Of a DNA stretch of 64,000 nt, positions 1 to 11,295 are shown piece by piece. The first letter of the stretch is position 1, and every line of letters starts with the position of its first letter. The stretch spans positions 526-64,525 of the forward strand of contig JAUXWM010000086.1 of assembly GCA_030681375.1 (NCBI GenBank), read 5' to 3'. The notes beneath the pieces were generated by a model, which saw nothing but the letters and a program-made list of their open reading frames with translations, searched no databases and was not told where the DNA came from. Source of the stretch: Gallionella sp. (lineage in GTDB: Bacteria > Pseudomonadota > Gammaproteobacteria > Burkholderiales > Gallionellaceae). A program made the translations under genes and the position numbers.

Positions 1-355
1 TGTGGTTTAGGACGAAATGCAAGAACGCCAATATGGACAGGTTCTATGGCATTTGCTGAATGGCTTAAAAGAAGAGGGCTGGTTAAACAGATTAACTGAA
101 CCAAAAAACTGCACAATACAGACTTGCTAATATACGCCAGCATCATGGGCGAAGCTTATTCCTGCACCTATCAAAAGGCAAGCGGCTATTGATGAGCATC
201 GGTTCGGTATGTTCAAAGGCGAACTTTCCTGAATGGTGTTTTCGTGATGGTCTCAGTGCAACCATGGTTGGCAAAGCTGTTTATGCAGGGTTTTGTCACA
301 ACGCTGGTGCATTGGGTTGTACAATCAGCCAAAATAACCTCGTTTGATTGGCTTC

Positions 356-1807
356 ATGATTTCCAACAACGTAATATTTCCCTGGAATGCAAATTTTGAA
401 ACGGGCGTGCCCGTTCTCGATGAGCAACATAAGAAGCTGGTCGATTTGCTGAATCAGCTGGCCGAACATTTCACTTATGAAACCGATGTACTTGAATTGC
501 ATCGAGTGTTTGACGATTTGACCAGCTACACCCTTTATCACTTCAAAACAGAGGAAGAAATCTGGGCGCAATATCTGCCCGCAGATGAAATGACCAGCGT
601 GCACACGAAGGTGCATCAGGACTTTCTGGACGCGGTTCTCAAGCTTAAAGGTCAGCAGGACATATTACCCGCTGAACAGCTTGCCGATAAGATAGTCTCA
701 TTCCTGACGCATTGGCTGGCTTTTCATATTCTTGAATCTGATAAACATATGGCGAAGATCGTGCTTGGCTTGCAACGGGGTATGACATTGCAGCAGGCCA
801 AGGAAAGCGCCCTCGCAGAGATGAGCGGTGCGATGGGGGTGCTGGTGGATACCTTTCTCAGCATGTATGACAACCTGGCATCACGAACCATGCAATTGAT
901 GCGCGAGATTTCCGAGCGTCAGCGAGTGGAAGCACACTTGAAATTATCCAAAAAGGTCATCGACAGTACGCTTGAGGCTATTTTTATTACCGATGCGGAA
1001 GGCCTGATTATCGATGCCAATCCAGCGTTTTGTCTTGAAGTGCAACGCGAGCAGGAAACGATGATCGGAATGTCTGTCAGGCATATCAGGCCGGAATTCT
1101 TCGGCCAGGAAAAAATGGAAGAAGTCTGGAAGGCTGCGACTGAGAGCGGGCATTGGGCGGGTGAAATACTGGGGCGCGATGCGCAGGGAAACATGGAGGC
1201 GGTTTGGCTTTCGCTGACTGCCATTAAAAATGATCAGGGTGTCATTACTCACTATGTTGGGTTGTCTTCCTCTATTTCGCTGTTGATTCAACGTCAGCAT
1301 AGACTGGAGGATGTGGCGCAACACGATGTGCTGACCGGTTTGCCCAACCGCCGCCTGTTGCGTGACCGGCTCAGTCAGGCCATCGTGCACAGCAATCGCA
1401 GTGGGCGCTTTCTGGCGGTGTGTTATCTCGATCTGGACGGGTTCAAGCAGGTCAACGATACGCTAGGACACCATGCGGGCGACGAGGTGCTGTGCACTGT
1501 TTCTGTGCGTTTGAATAAATTGCTGCGCGGTGAGGATACCGTTGCGCGCCTGGGTGGCGATGAATTTGTATTGCTGTTGGGTGACCTGGATGGGGAAGAG
1601 GATGCCGGTCTGTTGTTAAACCGGCTGTTACAGGATATCGCACAGCCGATACTGGTCAATGGTACGCTTGTCAATGTCACTGCCAGCATAGGCGTCACGC
1701 TTTATCCCCGTGATCAGAGTACAGATGAGCAGTTGCTCAGGCATGCCGATGAGGCGATGTATGTCGCAAAAAACAATGGCAAATCACGTTACCATTTTTT
1801 CAACTGA
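356..1807 (+). CDS. Hemerythrin-PAS-GGDEF diguanylate cyclase
   Basis: N-terminal bacteriohemerythrin ligand pattern (EQHKKL, YHFKTEEE, HTKVH, FHILESD), a central PAS-like segment, and a C-terminal HDVLTGLPNR...RLGGDEF domain. ATG at 356 is preferred over TTG at 344. Confidence 0.9.
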   Translation: MISNNVIFPWNANFETGVPVLDEQHKKLVDLLNQLAEHFTYETDVLELHRVFDDLTSYTLYHFKTEEEIWAQYLPADEMTSVHTKVHQDFLDAVLKLKGQQDILPAEQLADKIVSFLTHWLAFHILESDKHMAKIVLGLQRGMTLQQAKESALAEMSGAMGVLVDTFLSMYDNLASRTMQLMREISERQRVEAHLKLSKKVIDSTLEAIFITDAEGLIIDANPAFCLEVQREQETMIGMSVRHIRPEFFGQEKMEEVWKAATESGHWAGEILGRDAQGNMEAVWLSLTAIKNDQGVITHYVGLSSSISLLIQRQHRLEDVAQHDVLTGLPNRRLLRDRLSQAIVHSNRSGRFLAVCYLDLDGFKQVNDTLGHHAGDEVLCTVSVRLNKLLRGEDTVARLGGDEFVLLLGDLDGEEDAGLLLNRLLQDIAQPILVNGTLVNVTASIGVTLYPRDQSTDEQLLRHADEAMYVAKNNGKSRYHFFN

Positions 1808-1863
1808 GCGTACTCGTGTAAGCGGCAGCAACCGGTTTCGCGGATGATGGTTTAAGTGAATAA

Positions 1864-2700
1864 ATGATCGACACCATGAAGGTCTCAAGCCGCACGATAA
1901 TTTTTATTTCAGACGGTACCGGCATTACTGCGGAAACCCTGGGTAAAGGCCTGCTCTCGCAATTTGAGGGTATCGAATTTCATTATGTGCATTACCCTTT
2001 TACAGATAGTCTGGAGAAGGCGGCTGTCTGTGTGCAGCATATCGCTGAGCTGAATCAGCGAGAGGGTGTGCGTCCGTTGCTGGTCATGACCATGACAGAC
2101 CCGCAAATCAGCGCGTTGCTGCGGCAGGCGGATGCGCTGTTGCTGGATGTGTTCGAGGTGTTCATAGGGCCTCTGGAACAGGAACTGGGCCAGTGTGCCA
2201 AGCGTGTGGCGGGTCGCAGCCACGGGCAGGAAAACCGCGAATATGCAAAACGCATTGCCGCGATGAATTTTGCCATGGCACACGACGATGGCATTACCAG
2301 TGCTGATCTGAAGAATGCCGATGTGATCCTGGTGGGCGTGTCCCGTAGCGGAAAAACTCCATCCAGCTTGTATCTGTCGCTGCATTTCGGTCTCAAGGCC
2401 GCCAATTACCCGCTTATACCGGAAGATTTCGAGCGTGATTGTTTTCCGGCTTCCTTGTTGCCGTTTCGCGCTAAACTGTTCGGGCTGACCATCGCACCTG
2501 AACAGTTGCATCGTATTCGTGAAGAACGCCGTCCAGGCAGTCATTATGCTTCGCTGGATAATTGCCGCTTCGAAGTGGCGGCGGCTGAAAGTCTGATGCG
2601 GCGCGCAGGTATCGCCCAATTTGATATGACAGCGCGTTCGATTGAGGAAATGGCGGTGCATCTGTTGCAGGCAATCCGCAAGCAAGCACGCTTGGATTAA
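1864..2700 (+). CDS. ppsR: PEP synthetase regulatory kinase/pyrophosphorylase (PSRP/DUF299)
   Basis: [15 protein letters not shown]-terminus, [15 protein letters not shown]-loop, directly upstream of ppsA. The start could be ATG 1876. Confidence 0.92.
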   Translation: MIDTMKVSSRTIIFISDGTGITAETLGKGLLSQFEGIEFHYVHYPFTDSLEKAAVCVQHIAELNQREGVRPLLVMTMTDPQISALLRQADALLLDVFEVFIGPLEQELGQCAKRVAGRSHGQENREYAKRIAAMNFAMAHDDGITSADLKNADVILVGVSRSGKTPSSLYLSLHFGLKAANYPLIPEDFERDCFPASLLPFRAKLFGLTIAPEQLHRIREERRPGSHYASLDNCRFEVAAAESLMRRAGIAQFDMTARSIEEMAVHLLQAIRKQARLD

Positions 2701-2728
2701 CAGCAATAAATTCGACAGGAGAATCAGC

Positions 2729-5098
2729 ATGCATCCTTATGTGATTTCGTTTGCATCATTAGGCATCGCGGACATTGCGCAAGTGGGCGGCAAAAATGCG
2801 TCGCTGGGTGAGATGATCAGCAAGCTGGGTGAGATGGGTGTTTGTGTCCCCGGCGGGTTTGCCACTACGGCGCAGGCTTACCGGGATTTTCTGGTGGCCA
2901 ACGGGCTGGATGGCCGCATCGCGCAAACCTTGTCCTCGCTGGATGTAGCGGATGTGGATGCGCTGGCCGAGACGGGCGCGAAGATACGCGGCTGGATAGA
3001 TGCTGCATCGCTGCCTTTAAAGCTGGAGCAAGAGATACGCCAACACTATGCCCGGCTGGCTGAGGAAGGTGAGGACAGTTTTGCAGTGCGTTCTTCCGCT
3101 ACCGCAGAAGACCTGGCCGATGCCTCGTTCGCCGGGCAACAGGAAACCTTTCTGAATATCCACGGTGTGGACAATATATTGCATGCCGTCAAAGCGGTAT
3201 TCGCCTCGTTGTATAACGACAGGGCCATTTCCTATCGCGTGCACACCGGCTACACCGATTCCAGTGTTGCGCTGTCGGCCGGAGTGCAGCGCATGGTGCG
3301 TTCGGATCTGGGCGCATCCGGCGTGATGTTCACACTGGATACCGAGTCTGGCTTTCGCGATGTGGTGTTCATTACTTCCGCTTATGGCCTGGGTGAAATG
3401 GTCGTGCAGGGCACGGTCAATCCGGACGAATTTTATGTTCATAAACAAAAACTGGCGGAAGGCTATCCGGCGGTGGTGCGGCGCAGCCTGGGTTCCAAGC
3501 TGCAACGCATGGTATTCGATACGGATCGTGCCGCAGGATTTTCTACCCGCATCGAAGAAGTGCCGCTCTCTGCGCGCAACCGTTTCTCGTTGAGCGATGC
3601 GGAAGTGCTGGAATTGTCCAGATATGCGATGACGATAGAACAGCATTATGGCCGCCCCATGGACATCGAATGGGGCAAGGACGGTCTGGACGGAAAGCTT
3701 TATATTTTGCAGGCGCGTCCTGAAACCGTTCAGTCGCAAGTCCGCGCAGGCGGAGCGGGAAAATTCCGGCTGACACAGCGCGGTGAGGTATTGATCGAGG
3801 GGCGCGCGATCGGCCAGAAAATCGGCATAGGCGTGGTGCGCCTGGTGGCAGGCGCAGGCCAAATGAACAAGGTGCAGGCCGGCGATGTGCTGGTCACCGA
3901 CATGACCGATCCGGACTGGGAGCCGGTGATGAAAAAGGCCGCCGCGATCATTACCAATCGCGGCGGGCGTACCTGCCATGCCGCGATTATCGCGCGCGAA
4001 ATGGGTATTCCGGCCATCGTGGGCTGCGGTCATGCCACCGATGCGTTGCAGGACGGTGCGATGGTTACCGCGTCTTGCGCGGAGGGCGATACCGGTTATG
4101 TGTATGCGGGGCGTTTGCCGTTCGAGCTTATCGCGCCCAGCGAGGCTGCTTTGCCGGATTTGCCGGTCAAACTGATGCTTAATGTGGGCAACCCGACACT
4201 GGCTTTTGAATTTGCGCAAATGCCCTCGGCAGGGATCGGCCTGGCGCGGCTGGAATTCGTTATCAATAATATGATAGGCATCCATCCCAAGGCCGTGCTG
4301 AACTTTCAGACCCTGCCGGCTGCGTTGCAGGCGGCGGTATTGGAGAAATCCCAAGGTTATGAAAATCCCGTTGCTTTCTATGTGGAAAAATTGACCGAGG
4401 GCGTCGCCAGTCTGGCGGCTGCGTTCTGGCCGCGTCCCGTCATCGTGCGTTTGTCCGACTTTAAGTCCAACGAATACAGTAAATTACTGGGCGGAGACAG
4501 ATACGAGCCTGTCGAGGAAAACCCGATGATAGGATTCAGGGGCGCCGGGCGTTACGTCGCACCAGCCTTCAGGGATTGTTTCGCACTCGAATGCCGCGCA
4601 ATGATAAAAGTGCGTGAGGAGATGGGTTACAGCAATGTGGAAATCATGGTGCCGTTTGTGCGCACGGTGCAGGAGGCTGCTGAGGTCGTCGAAGAGCTGG
4701 CGAAAAACGGTCTGGTGCGCGGAGAAAACGGGCTGCGCCTGATCATGATGTGCGAGATACCCTCCAACGCCCTGCTGGCGGAAGAATTTCTAGCATATTT
4801 TGACGGGTTCTCGATAGGCTCAAATGATCTGACCCAGCTGACGCTGGGGCTGGATCGTGATTCCAGTCTGGTCGCCAACCGTTTCGACGAACGTGATGCG
4901 GCGGTAAAGAGCTTGCTGCATATGGCGATCAGTACCTGTAACCGGCTGGATAAATACATCGGGATTTGCGGTCAGGGGCCGTCAGACCACTTCGATTTCG
5001 CGCAATGGCTGATGGAGCAGGGCATACAGACCATCTCGCTGAACCCCGATAGTCTGCTGGAAACCTGGCGCAAACTCGGGGCGGCAATAAAACAGTAA
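2729..5098 (+). CDS. ppsA: Phosphoenolpyruvate synthase
   Basis: [35 protein letters not shown] phospho-His motif, [19 protein letters not shown] precedes ATG 2729, so the 2642 start in the ORF track is too long. Confidence 0.97.
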   Translation: MHPYVISFASLGIADIAQVGGKNASLGEMISKLGEMGVCVPGGFATTAQAYRDFLVANGLDGRIAQTLSSLDVADVDALAETGAKIRGWIDAASLPLKLEQEIRQHYARLAEEGEDSFAVRSSATAEDLADASFAGQQETFLNIHGVDNILHAVKAVFASLYNDRAISYRVHTGYTDSSVALSAGVQRMVRSDLGASGVMFTLDTESGFRDVVFITSAYGLGEMVVQGTVNPDEFYVHKQKLAEGYPAVVRRSLGSKLQRMVFDTDRAAGFSTRIEEVPLSARNRFSLSDAEVLELSRYAMTIEQHYGRPMDIEWGKDGLDGKLYILQARPETVQSQVRAGGAGKFRLTQRGEVLIEGRAIGQKIGIGVVRLVAGAGQMNKVQAGDVLVTDMTDPDWEPVMKKAAAIITNRGGRTCHAAIIAREMGIPAIVGCGHATDALQDGAMVTASCAEGDTGYVYAGRLPFELIAPSEAALPDLPVKLMLNVGNPTLAFEFAQMPSAGIGLARLEFVINNMIGIHPKAVLNFQTLPAALQAAVLEKSQGYENPVAFYVEKLTEGVASLAAAFWPRPVIVRLSDFKSNEYSKLLGGDRYEPVEENPMIGFRGAGRYVAPAFRDCFALECRAMIKVREEMGYSNVEIMVPFVRTVQEAAEVVEELAKNGLVRGENGLRLIMMCEIPSNALLAEEFLAYFDGFSIGSNDLTQLTLGLDRDSSLVANRFDERDAAVKSLLHMAISTCNRLDKYIGICGQGPSDHFDFAQWLMEQGIQTISLNPDSLLETWRKLGAAIKQ

Positions 5099-5405
5099 GC
5101 GGGTCTTTAGAAATTTATTCGTCAGCTTGGCTGTGAGGCGCGTAAATCCTTTCACGCCGCCATGGATAATTCGGTAAGATTGAGCCCGCGCATCAAACTG
5201 GTGCGCGTTTGGCATAAATTCGCATCGCGATTCGTTTGCCACCTCGCCAGCTTGCGGGAGATAACCAGCGATTTGGGTATCGTTTTTTGATGCCCTAGTC
5301 GAATGGCTAGTTGTTTCATCAGGGTTGGGGTGAGGGGAACGGGCATGTTAGTTTTATTTTGGGGATGGTATGTGCCATGCCCGTTTGCTCAGATGAATAT
5401 CCATT

Positions 5406-6572
5406 ATGAAAATTCACGAATATCAAGGTAAGGAAATCCTGCGCCAGTTTGGCGTACCCACCCCGCGTGGGAAAGCGTGTTTCAGTGTGGACGAAGCGGT
5501 GTCTGCCGCTCAGGATTCGGGTGCTACGGTTTGGGTGGTGAAGGCGCAGATACACGCGGGTGGACGCGGCAAGGGAGGCGGCGTCAAAGTCGCCCGTAGC
5601 CTGGAAGAAGTGCGCCTGGCCGCAGAGCAGATACTCGGCATGCAGCTGGTGACGCACCAGACCGGGAACGAGGGCCAACGGGTGCGACGCCTGCTGGTCG
5701 AAGAGGGGGCGCAGATTTCCCGCGAATTTTATCTCGGCATGGTGATAGATCGCGACGCGCAGCGCGTGGCATTGCTGGCCAGCAGTGAGGGTGGTATGGA
5801 AATTGAAGAAGTGGCCCTGCATAGCCCGGAAAAAATCCATACGCTGCGTATCGACCCGGTAGCCGGTATGAGTGCCGAAGAGGCTGCGCAGGTCGCGCGC
5901 CTGATCGGCATCCCTGAAGCATCCGTCGCAGGTACAGTGGTCGTATTGCAAGGCCTGTATCGGGCGTTTGTCGAGAAAGAAGCCATGCTGGCGGAAATCA
6001 ATCCATTGGTGCTGACAGCTGACGGACGTGTGCTGGCGCTGGATGCAAAATTCAATTTTGACAGCAACGCTTTGTTTCGCCATTCCGAAATCGTGGCCTT
6101 GCGCGATCTGGATGAAGAAGACCCGGCAGAAATCGAGGCGTCCAAATTTGACCTGAGCTATATTTCTCTGGAGGGCGATATTGCCTGTCTGGTGAACGGC
6201 GCAGGTCTGGCAATGGCGACCATGGATATCATCAAGCTGTACGGCGGTAATCCGGCGAACTTTCTCGATGTCGGCGGTGGCGCGAGTCGTGAAAAAGTGA
6301 CCGAAGCCTTCAAATTGATGCTGAAAAATCCCGGCCTGAAAGCGATACTGGTCAATATCTTCGGCGGCATCATGAAATGTGATGTGATTGCAGAAGGTAT
6401 TGTTGCGGCGGTGCGCGAAGTGCATTTGCGCGTGCCCTTGGTGGTGCGGCTGGAAGGAACCAATGTGGAACTGGGCAAGAAGATACTGGCTGAATCAGGG
6501 TTGCCTATTATTTCAGCATCTGACATGGCGGATGCCGCCGAAAAAGCAGTCGCAGCAGCAAGGGGTAATTAA
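5406..6572 (+). CDS. sucC: Succinyl-CoA ligase beta subunit
   Basis: [46 protein letters not shown]. Confidence 0.98.
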   Translation: MKIHEYQGKEILRQFGVPTPRGKACFSVDEAVSAAQDSGATVWVVKAQIHAGGRGKGGGVKVARSLEEVRLAAEQILGMQLVTHQTGNEGQRVRRLLVEEGAQISREFYLGMVIDRDAQRVALLASSEGGMEIEEVALHSPEKIHTLRIDPVAGMSAEEAAQVARLIGIPEASVAGTVVVLQGLYRAFVEKEAMLAEINPLVLTADGRVLALDAKFNFDSNALFRHSEIVALRDLDEEDPAEIEASKFDLSYISLEGDIACLVNGAGLAMATMDIIKLYGGNPANFLDVGGGASREKVTEAFKLMLKNPGLKAILVNIFGGIMKCDVIAEGIVAAVREVHLRVPLVVRLEGTNVELGKKILAESGLPIISASDMADAAEKAVAAARGN

Positions 6573-7514
6573 GTGTCTATTTTAATTGATAAAAACACCC
6601 GTGTAATGACCCAGGGCATGACCGGCAAAGTGGGGCAGTTTCACACCACTAATTGCATCGCTTATGCGAATGGTGCGAATTGTTTTGTTGCGGGGGTGAC
6701 GCCGAACAAGGGCGGGCAGAGTTTTGAGGGCGTGCCGATCTACAACAGCGTGCTGGAAGCCAAGCAACAGACAGGCGCGACGGTATCGGTGATTTATGTG
6801 CCGCCAGCCTATGCAGCCGCAGCGATCGATGAGGCGGTCGATGCCGATCTGGATCTGGTGATTTGCATTACCGAAGGCATTCCGGTGCATGACATGCTGC
6901 GCACTCGTTACAGGATGTCCCGCAAGGGGGCGGCGACTTTAAACGAGAGCAACGGCGTGCTCGCGAAAGATCGGGCGCCGGGCTGCCGTACCTTGCTGAT
7001 TGGACCGAATTGTCCCGGCCTGATTACTCCCGATGAGATCAAAATCGGCATCATGCCTGGCCACATCCACAAGAAAGGTCGCATCGGCGTGGTATCGCGC
7101 TCCGGCACACTGACTTATGAGGCGGTCGGGCAACTCACCGCGCTGGGGTTGGGGCAGTCTTCGTGTGTCGGCATCGGCGGCGATCCGATCAACGGTCTGA
7201 AACATCTGGATGTGCTACGTTTGTTTAATGATGACCCGGAAACCGATGCGGTCATTATGGTAGGCGAGATCGGCGGCAGCGACGAGGAAGCCTGTGCTCG
7301 CTGGATCAAGGAAAACATGAGCAAACCTGTGGTCGGGTTTATCGCGGGTGTCACTGCGCCGCCGGGCAAACGCATGGGGCATGCGGGTGCGATTATTTCC
7401 GGCGGTCAGGGCGGGGCGGATGCCAAGCTGGCCGTGATGGAAGAATGCGGCATACATATCACGCGCAATCCGGCCGAAATGGGCCGGGTGATGAAGAAGG
7501 TATTAAAAGGGTAA
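6573..7514 (+). CDS. sucD: Succinyl-CoA ligase alpha subunit (with ~20-aa insertion)
   Basis: [38 protein letters not shown] start immediately after the sucC stop. Confidence 0.97.
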   Translation: MSILIDKNTRVMTQGMTGKVGQFHTTNCIAYANGANCFVAGVTPNKGGQSFEGVPIYNSVLEAKQQTGATVSVIYVPPAYAAAAIDEAVDADLDLVICITEGIPVHDMLRTRYRMSRKGAATLNESNGVLAKDRAPGCRTLLIGPNCPGLITPDEIKIGIMPGHIHKKGRIGVVSRSGTLTYEAVGQLTALGLGQSSCVGIGGDPINGLKHLDVLRLFNDDPETDAVIMVGEIGGSDEEACARWIKENMSKPVVGFIAGVTAPPGKRMGHAGAIISGGQGGADAKLAVMEECGIHITRNPAEMGRVMKKVLKG

Positions 7515-7523
7515 GTGGTGCTT

Positions 7524-7575
7524 AGTGAGTGGGGAGTGGTGAGTGGTTTTTTCACTTACCACTCACCACTCACCA
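7524..7575. repeat. Inverted pair of heptamer tandem arrays (AGTGGTG / CACCACT type)
   Basis: agtgagtggggagtggtgagtgg, a T run, then cacttaccactcaccactcacca, between sucD and the TerC gene. Confidence 0.85.
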
Positions 7576-7590
7576 GTTAAAGGGTTATAA

Positions 7591-8331
7591 ATGCTAGAAA
7601 TGTTTGCTGCGCCGCAGTTTTGGGCTGATGTAGTTAAGATCATCATGATCGATTTGTTGTTGTCCGGCGACAATGCCGTGGTCATCGCGCTGGCGTGTCG
7701 TAATCTGCCGCCCGAGCAGCGCAGGAAAGGCATCTTGTTTGGCGTGGGTGGCGCGATAGGATTGCGCATCGTGCTGACTTTTTTTGCGGTCAGTCTGCTC
7801 GCACTGCCCTATCTCAAGCTGATCGGCGCCCTGCTGCTGATCTGGATAGGGATTAAGTTGATCATGCCGGACGACGAACATGACGAGAACAATATCAAGG
7901 CAGACACAAGACTGATAGGTGCGATCAAAACCATCATCATCGCCGATTTTGTGATGAGTCTGGACAATGTGCTGGGGGTGGCGGCAGCAGCCAAGGGTAA
8001 TGTGTCGTTGCTGGTGTTCGGTTTGCTGATCAGCATCCCGTTGATCGCCTGGAGCAGTCAGCTGGTACTGAAACTGATCGACCGTTTTCCCTACATCATC
8101 TATGCTGGCGGCGCCTTGCTGGGTTATGTGGCAGGAGAAATGCTGGTTAGCGAGGTCTTGCTGGCTCCACTGCTTGAGGGGCAACATCAACTGCACTGGC
8201 TGATTCCGGCAGCGTGCGCGTTGCTGGTGCTGGTGGTCGGCAAATGGCTCGCGATGCGTCGCTTCGTGCCAACTGAAGCTGTCAATCTGGTTGATGGAAA
8301 AGTATCTGTTGTTCCGGACAAACAAGGTTAA
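7591..8331 (+). CDS. TerC family (YjbE-like) membrane protein
   Basis: IDLLLSGDNAVVIALACRNLP and ADFVMSLDNVLGVAAAA motifs; multiple hydrophobic segments. Confidence 0.92.
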   Translation: MLEMFAAPQFWADVVKIIMIDLLLSGDNAVVIALACRNLPPEQRRKGILFGVGGAIGLRIVLTFFAVSLLALPYLKLIGALLLIWIGIKLIMPDDEHDENNIKADTRLIGAIKTIIIADFVMSLDNVLGVAAAAKGNVSLLVFGLLISIPLIAWSSQLVLKLIDRFPYIIYAGGALLGYVAGEMLVSEVLLAPLLEGQHQLHWLIPAACALLVLVVGKWLAMRRFVPTEAVNLVDGKVSVVPDKQG

Positions 8332-8340
8332 GGAATAAAA

Positions 8341-8793
8341 ATGAAAACGGAGCGCCAACAACGCATTAGCAAAATACTGATCCCGCTCGACGGTTCATCC
8401 AGCGCGGAGCGCGCGGTGGAGTATGTCATCGAGTACATGGATACGCTGAAACAGCCGCCGAAGCTGTTGCTGTTGAATGTGCAATGGAAGATTGCGACAG
8501 GCAACGTCAAGCTGTTCATCGATCAGGACACCATCAACGATTATTATCGTGAACAAGGCATGGCCGCATTCCAGCAGGCGCGCGCCAAGCTGGATGCCGC
8601 GCATCTTCCCTATCAATATCACGTCAGCGTCGGCACGCCTGCTGAAGCCATCGTGCAATATGCACGTGAGCAGGAGGTGGATCAGATCGTGATGTGCAGG
8701 CAGGGAGAGGGCGGCCTGAAAACATTGCTGCTGGGCTCCGTGGTCTCTAAGGTATTGCATCTGGCTGAATGTCCGGTATTGTTGGTCAAATAA
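8341..8793 (+). CDS. Universal stress protein (UspA family)
   Basis: KILIPLDGSSSAERA start; IVMCRQG...LLGSVVSKVLHLAECPVLLVK end. Confidence 0.92.
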   Translation: MKTERQQRISKILIPLDGSSSAERAVEYVIEYMDTLKQPPKLLLLNVQWKIATGNVKLFIDQDTINDYYREQGMAAFQQARAKLDAAHLPYQYHVSVGTPAEAIVQYAREQEVDQIVMCRQGEGGLKTLLLGSVVSKVLHLAECPVLLVK

Positions 8794-8798
8794 GGATT

Positions 8799-9626
8799 AT
8801 GAAATTGGAAGATGCGCTGGAAATCGTAGCTCAAACTCATTCCGGCATGGTGCGTGCGCACAACGAAGACAGTATCGCCACGGATGCAGCCTGCGGTCTG
8901 GTCGTGCTGGCCGATGGCATGGGTGGCTACAATGCGGGTGAAGTCGCCAGCGGTATTGCGGTTTCGGTGATGATGACCGAGGTTGCGCCCCCACTGAAGG
9001 AATCCAGTCCCATCCGGCGGGATGAGGCAAGCGGCGAGGAGCTGGCCGTTGTGCTGCTGAACAAAAGCATCCATCGAGCCAATGAGTCGATTTATCAGGC
9101 GTCGCAGAGTCAGGCACAATACGCCGGGATGGGGACGACGGTTGTTGCAGCGCTGTTTTATGATAACCGCGTAGCAGTCGGTCACGTCGGTGATTCGCGC
9201 CTCTATCGTTTGCGCGGTGAGATTCTGGAACTGATTACCCGCGACCACTCATTGCTGCAAGAGCAGATAGACAGCGGGGTGATTAGCATCGAACAGGCGC
9301 GTCATTCTCAAAACAGAAATCTGGTAACGCGTGCTGTCGGTATCGATGCCGAGGTGATTCCGGAAATTCATCTGCATGAGGTACAGCAGGGTGATATTTA
9401 TCTGCTTTGTTCGGACGGTCTGAACGATATGGTAGAAGATGACGATATTCAATCCATTGTGTATGCGATGCAGGGTAATCTGGCGCTTGCCGCAGAGCAG
9501 TTAATCCAGGCTGCGAATGACAATGGGGGGCGTGACAATGTTTCGGTGATTTTGGTCAAAGTGAAGCAGTCGTTTGCGCAGCCACGCAGTTTCCTGGCAA
9601 GGCTGCTTAACTGGTTAAAGAAATGA
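8799..9626 (+). CDS. PP2C/PPM family Ser/Thr protein phosphatase (Stp1-like)
   Basis: [39 protein letters not shown] motifs. AAGGA precedes ATG 8799. Confidence 0.95.
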   Translation: MKLEDALEIVAQTHSGMVRAHNEDSIATDAACGLVVLADGMGGYNAGEVASGIAVSVMMTEVAPPLKESSPIRRDEASGEELAVVLLNKSIHRANESIYQASQSQAQYAGMGTTVVAALFYDNRVAVGHVGDSRLYRLRGEILELITRDHSLLQEQIDSGVISIEQARHSQNRNLVTRAVGIDAEVIPEIHLHEVQQGDIYLLCSDGLNDMVEDDDIQSIVYAMQGNLALAAEQLIQAANDNGGRDNVSVILVKVKQSFAQPRSFLARLLNWLKK

Positions 9627-9639
9627 GAGAGACGGGACT

Positions 9640-10398
9640 ATGACGGCAAAATTGATACTGAGCCTGGATGGGACGCTCATTCAGGAATATCTGCTGAGCA
9701 AGGAACACACGACCATAGGCCGCAAGGCGCACAACGACATTGTTATCGATAATCTGGCCGTGAGTAGTGAACACGCGGCTGTCGTCACCATCCTGCATGA
9801 TTCTTTTCTGGAAGATTTGAACAGCACGAATGGTCTGACCGTTAACGGGATTTCTACCCGTAAGCATTTTTTGCAGAATAACGATCTGATCGAGATCGGC
9901 AAGTACCAGTTGAAATATCTGAACGATCAAGTCAGCAAAACGAATGCCGCTGATTTTGAGAAGACCATGATTATGCGTGCGCCTGTGTTAGCTGTTCCGC
10001 CTCCTGCGGATAAGCCGGGGGATACCGGTGTGTTCCATACGGCCGACTTGCAGGCGGGCAAACCCGCCGCCACGCCCGAGGCTGACATAAACCCGGTCAA
10101 ACCCGTGCTGCCTGCTGCCGCGCAGCCTGCTGTGGCGCGCGCCGCGATACAGCTTCTGAATGGCCCGAATGCGGGCAAGGAACTTGAATTGGTCAAAGGG
10201 CTGACCACGTTGGGCAAGCCGGGCGTGCAGGTTGTAGTATTGACCCGTCGCCCCCATGGCTTTTTTATTACTCATGTCGAGGGCGCAAATTTCCCCTCGG
10301 TGAATGGTCAGCTTATGGATGGCAAGCCGCTACAGTTGAATGATCATGATTTAATTGAGCTGGCGGGGGTAAAGATGGAGTTTTATTTGAAGGGCTAG
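9640..10398 (+). CDS. FHA-domain protein (N-terminal canonical FHA, Pro/Ala linker, C-terminal degenerate FHA)
   Basis: TIGRKAHND...VSSEHA...DLNSTNG...NG fits the pThr-binding FHA pattern. The C-terminal repeat (TTLGKPG...SVNG...DHDLIELAG) lacks the GR and SxxH residues. Confidence 0.9.
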   Translation: MTAKLILSLDGTLIQEYLLSKEHTTIGRKAHNDIVIDNLAVSSEHAAVVTILHDSFLEDLNSTNGLTVNGISTRKHFLQNNDLIEIGKYQLKYLNDQVSKTNAADFEKTMIMRAPVLAVPPPADKPGDTGVFHTADLQAGKPAATPEADINPVKPVLPAAAQPAVARAAIQLLNGPNAGKELELVKGLTTLGKPGVQVVVLTRRPHGFFITHVEGANFPSVNGQLMDGKPLQLNDHDLIELAGVKMEFYLKG

Positions 10399-10452
10399 CA
10401 AAGTGCCCGAGAATCCGGGTTTTTGAGGTTTCCCGAATGGGGGAGTGGTGAC

Positions 10453-11217
10453 ATGAAGTTAAGAGTATTGGGGTGTAGCGGCGGGATAGGTGGCAGTCTG
10501 CGTACCACTTCATTTCTGATCGACCATGATGTACTGATTGATGCAGGTACCGGTGTAGGTGAGCTTAGTCTGACTGAGCTGAGTGTGATCGATCATATCT
10601 TCATCACCCATACGCATATGGATCATATCTGTAGTCTGCCTTTGCTGCTGGATAGTGTTGCGGGGATGCGTGATTGCCCGGTGACTGTGTATGCAAGTGA
10701 AGAGACGATAGCGGTGCTTAAACAGCATATTTTCAACTGGAAGGTTTGGCCGGATTTTTGCGAGATACCCAGTATTCAACGCCCTGTCATGCGCTATCAG
10801 GCGATCGCGCTGGGTGAGGTCACGACCTTGCAAGGCCGCAAGATCACCGCTGTCCCTGCCAACCACACCGTTCCCGCAGTGGGATACCACTTGGACAGCG
10901 GGCAGGCGAGTCTGGTGTTCAGTGGCGACACTTATATCAATGATGATTTGTGGGCAGTGGTGAATCATATAGAAAATTTGCGTTATCTGATTATTGAAAC
11001 CGCTTTTTCAAATGGTGAAAAGAATTTAGCTACACGGGCAAAACACCTGTGTCCGAGCTTGTTGGCTGATGAGCTGGCTAAATTTCAGGGCGATGCCGAA
11101 ATATTTATCACGCATCTAAAGCCGGATGAGGTGGAGTTGATCATGCATGAAATCGGGCAGTGTGCGGGCAGATTTAATCCTGTGATGCTGGTTAATAATC
11201 ATGAATTTGAATTTTAG
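10453..11217 (+). CDS. Class II (metallo-beta-lactamase fold) 3',5'-cyclic nucleotide phosphodiesterase-like protein
   Basis: RVLGCSGGIG, LIDAGTG, THTHMDHI (HxHxDH), NHTVPA, FSGDT, THLKP. Confidence 0.82.
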   Translation: MKLRVLGCSGGIGGSLRTTSFLIDHDVLIDAGTGVGELSLTELSVIDHIFITHTHMDHICSLPLLLDSVAGMRDCPVTVYASEETIAVLKQHIFNWKVWPDFCEIPSIQRPVMRYQAIALGEVTTLQGRKITAVPANHTVPAVGYHLDSGQASLVFSGDTYINDDLWAVVNHIENLRYLIIETAFSNGEKNLATRAKHLCPSLLADELAKFQGDAEIFITHLKPDEVELIMHEIGQCAGRFNPVMLVNNHEFEF

Positions 11218-11295
11218 CAGGCTGGTGAAGCATCGTCCGCTGTTCTGGACAATGAAAGACCGCCGGTGCCGGCGTGTAGCAAGACAGGAGCAGTA

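Noticed and set aside
1-99. Open frame 1 at the window start (CGLGRNARTPIWTGSMAFAEWLKRRGLVKQIN-stop), possibly a gene 3' end
   Set aside because: Only 32 codons with no recognisable motif; cannot be supported without upstream sequence.
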